DNA of 64,000 nt from assembly GCA_963657075.1 (NCBI GenBank), contig CAVKLF010000001.1, positions 40,749-104,748 of the forward strand, given 5' to 3'. Within the stretch, counting starts at the first letter, position 1; the number at the start of each line of letters is the position of its first letter. The notes beneath the pieces are model-generated. The model saw nothing but the letters and a program-made list of their open reading frames with translations, did not search any database and was not told the origin of the DNA. This stretch comes from a bacterium (GTDB lineage Bacteria; Bacteroidota; Bacteroidia; Bacteroidales; Bacteroidaceae). Positions 57,057 through 64,000 of this stretch are shown piece by piece. Both the position numbers and the translations under genes were made by a program.

Positions 57057-58214
57057 ATGAAGACAATAACCATAAAAATAGGCAAGAAAAGCGTGATGGG
57101 CGTGGTGGAAGGACTTTCCACAGCCATTGCGCAGCATAATCCAGAGGTAGACTTCGAGACCATCTGGGCGAGTGATTCAGAGGAGGCGAAGCTGGATATA
57201 TACTATAGAGAGGCGATAACCGACCTAGAGAACTTTCTGAGCCAGTTTTCTTCCTCGACCACACAGCAGTTTGACCTGCAAGCATTGGCCGATGACTTCG
57301 TAATCACCATCAAGACGTTAGCCTATTGGCCGTCAAGACTGAGCGGAGTACTGACCAACCAGATACAGAACTATCTGGTACATGCCATCATGGCAGGTTG
57401 GCTATCCGACTTTCCTGAAATGCCGCATGCCGACTATGCGAGCATGGGAGCGAGCGACCTAGATGTCATTAAGGAAATCTTGCTAAAGAAAGAATTTTCG
57501 TTCGCAGAGGATGCAAGGCATGAGGACGTAAGGGCAAAAGGCAAGTCTTCGGCTACAGATGCCTATGATAGAGGAGTGGATGGAGAAGACAGGATGGCTT
57601 CTGTCATGGACGCTGAGGCTAGAATCTCTGATGCTGAAAAGAAGAAAGACGCAAGGCCTTCTTCCTATAGTCGAGCCGAGGATGATACTATGAAATACCA
57701 AGGTGAAGCAGAGATGAAGGCTAGAGCCGAAGATAGTGCTGATAAACAGCAGAATGAGACTGCTAGCGAAAGCAGAACTTTGGATGCTGAGGCTAAGGGT
57801 ACGAATGGTCTTGATGCCGGGGAGCGTACTTCTGATGCTGAGGCTAAGGTAAAAGGTGATGCTGAGGCTTCTGCTAGAGGTGATGATAATACCGAAAAGG
57901 AAGAAGGCTCATTAAGTACTTCCGCTAGAGCCGAAGATAGTGCTGATAAACAGCAGAATGAGACTGCTAGCGAAAGCAGAACTTTGGATGCTGAGGCTAA
58001 AGAGAAGGGAGATGCTGAGGCTCAGGAAAGAGCTGCCGATGGTGTTGTAAAGGAGCAGTCGGGTATCAATTCGGCTGAGCGACAGCAAGACAGCACGAGT
58101 AAGGGTACGAATACAGGCGGCAGTCAATCCAGAAACAAGGACAATGCCACACAGTGCTTCCGGCAAGATTGGGTAGACTGGGGTGGAGGAAGACCGCCCT
58201 ATGGTTTGAGATAA
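57057..58214 (+). CDS. Putative virion connector-type protein with a 17-aa repeat C-terminal tail
   Basis: Helical N-terminal domain, then ~13 repeats with R-x-x-D-x-x-x-K. Confidence 0.6.
   Translation: MKTITIKIGKKSVMGVVEGLSTAIAQHNPEVDFETIWASDSEEAKLDIYYREAITDLENFLSQFSSSTTQQFDLQALADDFVITIKTLAYWPSRLSGVLTNQIQNYLVHAIMAGWLSDFPEMPHADYASMGASDLDVIKEILLKKEFSFAEDARHEDVRAKGKSSATDAYDRGVDGEDRMASVMDAEARISDAEKKKDARPSSYSRAEDDTMKYQGEAEMKARAEDSADKQQNETASESRTLDAEAKGTNGLDAGERTSDAEAKVKGDAEASARGDDNTEKEEGSLSTSARAEDSADKQQNETASESRTLDAEAKEKGDAEAQERAADGVVKEQSGINSAERQQDSTSKGTNTGGSQSRNKDNATQCFRQDWVDWGGGRPPYGLR
57720..58000 (+). repeat. Identical 77-bp duplication within a 51-bp-period array
   Basis: 57720-57796 equals 57924-58000; offset 204 = 4 x 51. 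Confidence 0.9.
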
Positions 58215-58247
58215 GTTTTTCATGTATAAATCAAAACAATAGCAATT

Positions 58248-58886
58248 ATGGAAATTAAGAAGATTACATTAGAGTTTGACTTGGGACAGGTATGCAACGA
58301 CGTACTAGCCAAGTGCTACCAAGTGAGCCTGAACCTACAAGACGATGCACAGAAGGACATCAGAGCCAATATCGAGAGTCCTGACTCTACAGAGTCGAAG
58401 AGTATTATCAACCGTAGTATTACCGAGGCCATCGGCAACCTGAAGATAGCATGCCAACGCTATCTGACCACAGGACGCACCGAGGACAACAACAACCTAG
58501 AGCGCATCGTAAACGCCCTCAAGACGTACAAGTATACGAGCAACAACGACGGCACTTGGACGCTCGTGGTAACCACTACCAAAGACGGCAAGGACGAGGA
58601 CGAGACCTCTACGGTATTAGAGAAGGGTGAGGATCATGAGGAAATCATCTACGAGAAGGTAACTCTGAACCTAGAGATACCAAACTTCAACATCGCAGTG
58701 ACAGACGGATTGAAGAGCCACATGCACCGCTACATGGTAGACTACGTGATGAGCCAATTCCTGTCAGACCAGTATGCAGACAAGGCTGGAACGTATGCAG
58801 AGAGCGTAGGAGCAGACTACGACAACATCAAGAGCGACCTCCTGAGCCGAGACAACTACATACATCGTCGCCCCAGCTGGACGTAA
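58248..58886 (+). CDS. Putative virion connector/adaptor protein
   Basis: 212 aa; C-terminal helix pattern (HRYMVDYVMSQFL) resembles QNYLVHAIMAGWL of the upstream gene. Confidence 0.5.
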   Translation: MEIKKITLEFDLGQVCNDVLAKCYQVSLNLQDDAQKDIRANIESPDSTESKSIINRSITEAIGNLKIACQRYLTTGRTEDNNNLERIVNALKTYKYTSNNDGTWTLVVTTTKDGKDEDETSTVLEKGEDHEEIIYEKVTLNLEIPNFNIAVTDGLKSHMHRYMVDYVMSQFLSDQYADKAGTYAESVGADYDNIKSDLLSRDNYIHRRPSWT

Positions 58887-58944
58887 AGGAAGCTAGGAAA
58901 AAGAACTTGCTGTTTTTCTTTCATCTTGTTTAGTGTTTATGGAA

Positions 58945-58989
58945 GAGCCTTCGCCATGATAGGAGTTATCTCCTTATGGGCGAAGGCTC
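58945..58989. terminator. Hairpin between convergent operons
   Basis: GAGCCTTCGCC...GGCGAAGGCTC. Confidence 0.7.
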
Positions 58990-59019
58990 GTTTTATGTTT
59001 CATTCAAGCAAAGGTAAGG

Positions 59020-61929
59020 CTAGAACTTCTCGAAGCGGCGGATGATTTCCAACCGGGTAGAGAGGTATTGCTCCATAGACTTCATCTTAAGATAGAGGGC
59101 TATGCGGAAGTAGCGATAACTCTTGCAGCTCATATAGCGAGACTTCATGCCGCCCAAGCGACCGAGATAATGCCAATGCTGATTGTCATTGCTGCCATAG
59201 AACCACATGAGAGGTGCCACATCGCAAGTAAGGGAATGGATATAGCCAGTGATGGCATCGGGGCATCCGTCTTCATCGAACTTCAACGTACGAGTAACGA
59301 GAATGCCATGATATTCGGTCTCGTCATCGTAATCGTAGCTGCTGTCCAATGCCATCACACTGCCGTCACGGTACTGAATGTAGGGATTAGGGTATGAATT
59401 GACCACCGTGTATACATTCTTGATGAGGAAAGTGCTCCATGCTTCATCCTTGATGGAATAGCAGAGGGCAACCGTATCGGCAGAGGATTCCTTGGTCTGC
59501 TGACTGACATCGAGGCAGAAGATACGTGAGTTCTTGTAGTCGTAGACCACCTGACACCGCTGGAAGAAGTCGATAGGCGAGGAGGTGAAGTCGATAAGCT
59601 GGCGCATCTGAGACTTGACGGCCTTGACATTGTTATCATCTCCTTCCGCATCATTGAAGAAATCGACAAACTTGCCGAGATTTCCTGCTATATCAAAGCC
59701 CGGTCCATCCAGCACGTCAGACATGGAAGCCACTTGCGACTCAGCTATGCGACTGAGCGAGCGATTGGTAGCGAAGAGCACCGACTGGTCTAGCTGAGTG
59801 ATGGAACTAGGATTGCTACATACCTCACGGCTGATAGGGTGGATGCTGCTATACGTGCCACTGCTAGATACCTCCAGCGCCCAAATGCCATCGGTGGAGA
59901 AAGCCATCAAAGGGTACTGACCAAACTGACCTTGGGAGAGTGCCCTTGTGGTAGAGGCTATACCATTGATAGTGCCTATACCGACTGTATTGATACCATT
60001 TAGAGGGAAGTAGAAGGCATTGTCTGCCTCGGAGGTGTAAATCTTGTTGCTCATCTCCACCTCGTCATCTACGGTATAACTGAAAGATGAAATCTGATAG
60101 GTTTCAGGTTCTTCTGTGAAAGTACCCATGAAGATGGCGCCATTCAGTTCCTCGCAGGCTTCCAGCTTGAAACTATAGATATAGGATTTGCTGTTTTGGT
60201 CGGTGCCAAAGAATACCATTTGTTCGGCTCTAGAGTCGGGATAGAACTTCGAGGCATTGGCAAGGAGCTTGGGTTCTACGAGAGCCTGCTTGGTAGGATC
60301 CATTGTTTTCTCGACGTACTTTTTGCCCGATGTTGTGTTTAATACCACCACAATCTTGCTAATCATCAGAGATGCCATGAAATCTCCACCGGAATAAAGA
60401 TACTTGGCAGCAGGGAGCATCACATCCCTGCTGAATCCATCAAACAGCTTTTCCTTGACACCAAACAGATTGAGCCTATGATTATATACATAGCTACCAT
60501 CCGCATACAGGTAATTGTGCGTCTTATAGTCGTCCTTCATCTGCTCCTGCAAGGAGATTTGGTAGACGGCAGCCTTCTCTACAGGCAGTTCGGCATTGGT
60601 AGCAGTGGTAAGTTCGCTCACCTTCAGTTCGCTGACCTTATAGAAAGCCGATATGTTTTTCAGTTTATTGGAATAAGCATCGTCGGAGATGGTGGGGAAC
60701 TTGACCTTTACAGCTCCTCCAAAAACTGTTGAAGAAAATATTTTATGGTATGCGTATGAAATTACACCCACTTTGGCTCTGCCAAGTCCGTAGTTGTTCG
60801 TAGTCAGAACTAAATCCGTGATTTTCTCGGAAGTGTCTATGTTCGTTACAGGGGTGGATATGAAAATATCCACAGACTTAATGATGTCGTTCCATTTTTT
60901 GAGACTATTGATGTCTCCTTTAAGCGTGTACTTCAAAGCGACATTGCGAGGACTATAGATGAAAGTTGTATTGGAAATCTTTACAGAAACAGTGTTGTCA
61001 CTAGCATCCTTTCTGTTAAAAGTTATAGGCTCATTATACCAGTTTATTTCTTCATCTACAGTGTCTAGGTTTTCGGTGTCCATTCCTTTGAAGTAAAAAT
61101 TGCCAACAGCAACAGAATAGTTGTTAGGAACTTGCACAGGCATGAAAACAGGTGCCGAGTGCATAATCATGCTGCCGTCGAACATACGGTAGCAGTAACG
61201 GACGAAGAAATTGGCATAGAAACGCCCATTGCGAGCGATGAGGTTATTGGTACGATTGACAAGCGCATAGATGCTCTGGGTAAGGTCTGACTGCTTGTCA
61301 TCCTTGATATTGGCAACAATATCTCCCTTTCTCCAGCTCGAACCACCCACTTTATTGAAAGAGTCGTTAGCAGAATAGGTAGCTTGCTGGAAGCTTTCGT
61401 AAAAGCCAGACTTACTTCCATCAGCTTCCACACCTCCAAGGGTATAGTCTTCGGGATAGTCTGTAGAACTGGTCGAGAAACTGAGCTCCAGAAAAGGCGG
61501 CTTCTGCCCAAGATAAAGATAATAGTCGGGAGAATCATTGTTGCGCTGGTACAAGACATAATGAATGCCATCGGAAACAACGACAACAAGCGTATTTCCG
61601 ATGGAAGTAATAGATTTCAATGTATCTTCGCCCAGAGAGAAAATTAAGCCAAAGTGCGAGCCGTCTTCGAGAAACCAATGAAGAGAGTTCTCTTTCTCGT
61701 ATAGACCGATGAAATGCTTGTAGCCACTGGCTTCATGGATATATATTAGCTTGGTGTCTCCAGCATTGTCTACAAACATGCTGTGTTTTACATTCGTGCC
61801 GCATACGATAGCAGGGCGCAGTGCGCCATCGTGTATCTCTAGATTGCCACAGAGCGACAATGCGCCATTTTCTGCTGCCATTTCATCGGGCGTAAGACAG
61901 ATACCTTTGTAACGGATATTTTGTTGCAT
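59020..61929 (-). CDS. Putative tail nozzle / DNA stabilization protein
   Basis: 969-aa beta-propeller-like protein (GQFGQYPLMAFSTDGIWAL, VVYDYKNSRI), resembling podoviral tail tubular B proteins. Confidence 0.55.
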   Translation of the reverse strand: MQQNIRYKGICLTPDEMAAENGALSLCGNLEIHDGALRPAIVCGTNVKHSMFVDNAGDTKLIYIHEASGYKHFIGLYEKENSLHWFLEDGSHFGLIFSLGEDTLKSITSIGNTLVVVVSDGIHYVLYQRNNDSPDYYLYLGQKPPFLELSFSTSSTDYPEDYTLGGVEADGSKSGFYESFQQATYSANDSFNKVGGSSWRKGDIVANIKDDKQSDLTQSIYALVNRTNNLIARNGRFYANFFVRYCYRMFDGSMIMHSAPVFMPVQVPNNYSVAVGNFYFKGMDTENLDTVDEEINWYNEPITFNRKDASDNTVSVKISNTTFIYSPRNVALKYTLKGDINSLKKWNDIIKSVDIFISTPVTNIDTSEKITDLVLTTNNYGLGRAKVGVISYAYHKIFSSTVFGGAVKVKFPTISDDAYSNKLKNISAFYKVSELKVSELTTATNAELPVEKAAVYQISLQEQMKDDYKTHNYLYADGSYVYNHRLNLFGVKEKLFDGFSRDVMLPAAKYLYSGGDFMASLMISKIVVVLNTTSGKKYVEKTMDPTKQALVEPKLLANASKFYPDSRAEQMVFFGTDQNSKSYIYSFKLEACEELNGAIFMGTFTEEPETYQISSFSYTVDDEVEMSNKIYTSEADNAFYFPLNGINTVGIGTINGIASTTRALSQGQFGQYPLMAFSTDGIWALEVSSSGTYSSIHPISREVCSNPSSITQLDQSVLFATNRSLSRIAESQVASMSDVLDGPGFDIAGNLGKFVDFFNDAEGDDNNVKAVKSQMRQLIDFTSSPIDFFQRCQVVYDYKNSRIFCLDVSQQTKESSADTVALCYSIKDEAWSTFLIKNVYTVVNSYPNPYIQYRDGSVMALDSSYDYDDETEYHGILVTRTLKFDEDGCPDAITGYIHSLTCDVAPLMWFYGSNDNQHWHYLGRLGGMKSRYMSCKSYRYFRIALYLKMKSMEQYLSTRLEIIRRFEKF

Positions 61930-61964
61930 ACTTGAAAAGTTTTATTGTATAGTATATATAGTTG

Positions 61965-62372
61965 TCATTGTCGGCAATGAGAGGCATCAGCCCGGTTGAC
62001 CACAGCCAATGCCTGTAGATAGGTGCCGCTTACCTTGACAGACTCCAGCTGGTCGGAGACCACCAAGTCAATCTCTTTCGTATTCGGTGGGATGCCCGGG
62101 GTATGGCGGAAGAGGCACTTCACGGTGCTAGAGCTGCACCCATGGAGCTGCCCCTTGCGCCCATATAGAGGGATGGCATCGGGGAGACTGGTGGACTTGG
62201 CGACATACATCTGAGTGCCTAGGCAGAAGAAGATGATCTTATCGCCTCGCTCTAGCCTCAATAGCTTGACAGGAAAGGAGCGTAAGGTGATACGCCCATT
62301 CATATTGAGAGAAAGCCCACGCCTTTTTTGGCGTGGACGGTTGAGAATGATAGGTTCATGTTCGTTTTGCAT
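61965..62372 (-). CDS. Hypothetical protein
   Basis: Start MQNEHE overlaps the upstream gene end; GRITL...LRLERGDKIIF AbrB-like pattern. Confidence 0.5.
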   Translation of the reverse strand: MQNEHEPIILNRPRQKRRGLSLNMNGRITLRSFPVKLLRLERGDKIIFFCLGTQMYVAKSTSLPDAIPLYGRKGQLHGCSSSTVKCLFRHTPGIPPNTKEIDLVVSDQLESVKVSGTYLQALAVVNRADASHCRQ

Positions 62373-63093
62373 AATCTGTAGGTTTGGATAGCCAGAATCG
62401 GAAGTAGTCGTTTTCTGCATCTTGGTGGCGTACTTGCACGTATTCACGAGTAACATAGAAGTGCTGCTTTCTGACCGTAGGATTTAAATTGTAATCGTAG
62501 AGCATCATGGCTGGCTCTACTCTGCCATCAAAGGTAATCTCGTACCAGTATCGGTGCAGGAAGAACCAAGGACGGCGACGCACCTCCTGAATGGTGGTAT
62601 AGTTGCTCTTGTCTACCCGGCAAGGCACGATGCTCCATGAGCCATCTTGCCAACTCTCGGTAGAGACAACCTTGCCAGCTTTATCCTTAGTCTCTTCCTT
62701 GGTAAACGACTGCTGAATCTTGACGATGAGGCACACGTCATTGGTGAAGACCTTGGCCATCTTGCGATGGCAGAGCATGACATACCTTCCTTTCCTGTCG
62801 GGGAAGAGGTCTCGCTTGTAGCCGGGCTTGTTGATGACGCACACGGTAGAGAGATATTTGCGCCTGACCATGGTGAGGAGTTTAGGGAGATGCGCCTTGG
62901 CGTGCATACGGTCTATCACCTTCTGCACCTTCTTGAAGTTTTTGTCGGCTTCGGTCTCTCGGATGGTAACCGTCTTGTCGGCTTGTTCTTCACGCAGTTT
63001 CTTCACGTGTTCACGTACCTGCTTGGAAGTAGGCTTTTCCAATACATGCCCAGTCTTCTTGTCGAACTTAAGATTTGATTTCGTTTTCTTCAT
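62356..63093 (-). CDS. Hypothetical basic protein
   Basis: 245-aa ORF, AT-rich leader. Confidence 0.6.
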   Translation of the reverse strand: MKKTKSNLKFDKKTGHVLEKPTSKQVREHVKKLREEQADKTVTIRETEADKNFKKVQKVIDRMHAKAHLPKLLTMVRRKYLSTVCVINKPGYKRDLFPDRKGRYVMLCHRKMAKVFTNDVCLIVKIQQSFTKEETKDKAGKVVSTESWQDGSWSIVPCRVDKSNYTTIQEVRRRPWFFLHRYWYEITFDGRVEPAMMLYDYNLNPTVRKQHFYVTREYVQVRHQDAENDYFRFWLSKPTDYAKRT

Positions 63094-63113
63094 ACTATAT
63101 ATAATAATGTGAG

Positions 63114-63443
63114 TTAGATGCTGCCTTGATTGATGCAGACAACCTTGAAGAGATGGTCATCGCAGATGTCCTTGCCGTTGGCCATTTTGTGAGGGAAGGA
63201 ACAAGGGATGCCCTTCTGGTACAGACCGCACGACAGGCAATCATCAGGAATCCCATCGCATAGAGCTGCCTTGATACGTTTGGGGGAATCTTTAGGCACT
63301 GCCAGGACTACGTAGCCGAAGTGGTCGTATAGTTGGCCAGGCATAACCGGATTGGCTTCACGCAGAGAGGGAAGCCTGTAACCCATGCGACGGATGAACC
63401 AGAGGCGTAGGTATAGGGAGAGTTTTCTAAATAACTTTTTCAT
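63114..63443 (-). CDS. Hypothetical Cys-rich protein
   Basis: CLSC...C...C pattern. Confidence 0.55.
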   Translation of the reverse strand: MKKLFRKLSLYLRLWFIRRMGYRLPSLREANPVMPGQLYDHFGYVVLAVPKDSPKRIKAALCDGIPDDCLSCGLYQKGIPCSFPHKMANGKDICDDHLFKVVCINQGSI

Positions 63444-63447
63444 GTTG

Positions 63448-63495
63448 CTAAAGTACTAGTTTTGTGCGGAACGGAAGTGATAAGTTGCGCAACTT
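63448..63495 (-). promoter_or_regulatory. Motif-linked promoter for the leftward operon
   Basis: TGATAAGTTGCGCAACTT at 63478-63495; - strand TACTTTAG (one mismatch to TAnnTTTG) 22 nt away. Confidence 0.6.
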
Positions 63496-63526
63496 GACCG
63501 TCAGGCAGCCAAATTGCGCAAGACGG

Positions 63527-64000
63527 TTACTTGTTTTCTGTTGCCACCATCTCCTCTTTAGACACCGCAGGAGATGCATGGTGCTCGAAGACATCCAGAA
63601 TCTTGGTTTCGCTGAGGCTCTTCAACTCATAGTCTATCATTGTTTTGCCCATCACCTCGTCGATGTAACGCTTGGCACACTCAATGCTATTGGCTTGTAT
63701 GAGATAGTGGGTATAGGTACGCTTCTCCTTACAACTCTTCTCATCCATGGTAATGAAGGCGACACGAGCCTTGAACCAAAGGCTATCAACAGGTACGTCG
63801 GAGAAGAAAATCTCGCTGTAGTTAGTGGGGTTGATGTTGGCTACCTTCATATCAGAAACGTAGTCCGCCATATTGCCGATGATGCTAGCTTCTGCCTCAG
63901 AGAAAGAGAGCGCATCGACTACATACAGTTCGGTGACCACCTTGTCTGAGCAATCCTGCTGCATCTGATGATAGCGCACCTTGCACTCGAACCATGAACT
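63527..64000 (-). CDS. DUF4494-like protein (5' end outside window)
   Basis: WFECKVRY, ELYVVDALSFSEAEA, WFKARVAFITMDEKS motifs. Confidence 0.75.
   Translation of the reverse strand, partial: SSWFECKVRYHQMQQDCSDKVVTELYVVDALSFSEAEASIIGNMADYVSDMKVANINPTNYSEIFFSDVPVDSLWFKARVAFITMDEKSCKEKRTYTHYLIQANSIECAKRYIDEVMGKTMIDYELKSLSETKILDVFEHHASPAVSKEEMVATENK

Larger units (their letters stand above)
13052..64000. mobile_element. Prophage (Bacteroidetes temperate, podovirus-like layout); right end outside window
   Basis: Integrase at the left boundary, followed by portal, terminase, capsid, tail, DGR and lysis genes; exact attL not identified. Confidence 0.9.

Noticed and set aside
57720..58000. Possible second DGR VR/TR pair or CRISPR array
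   Set aside because: Copies are identical with no adenine-specific changes and lie in frame within a protein repeat

Overview
Bacteroidetes (Prevotella/Segatella-like) chromosome segment. Positions 1-13051 are housekeeping genes: the end of the bat operon (batB end, batC, a fused batD-batE), a PAP2 phosphatase, queA, an ABC-F ATPase, an M13 peptidase, metA and a U32/RlhA-like protein. From about 13.1 kb to the window end is a prophage with a podovirus-like layout (no tape measure gene seen). It carries a tyrosine integrase, putative ejection proteins, a 5909-aa polyvalent protein, portal, terminase, a rhomboid protease, scaffold, a major capsid protein with a signal-peptide-like N-terminus, tail/fibre genes, a complete diversity-generating retroelement (VR/avd/TR/RT), a broken DNA methyltransferase and a lysis cassette. 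Most notable: (1) three antisense promoter + hairpin + U-tract cassettes inside the giant gene, each just after a predicted nuclease-like module; (2) a palindromic motif 22 bp upstream of the -7 box of several phage promoters; (3) the pairing of a rhomboid protease with a membrane-targeted capsid protein; (4) the DGR, with 15 of 15 VR/TR mismatches at TR adenines. Domain names come from motif recognition by eye, not database searches.
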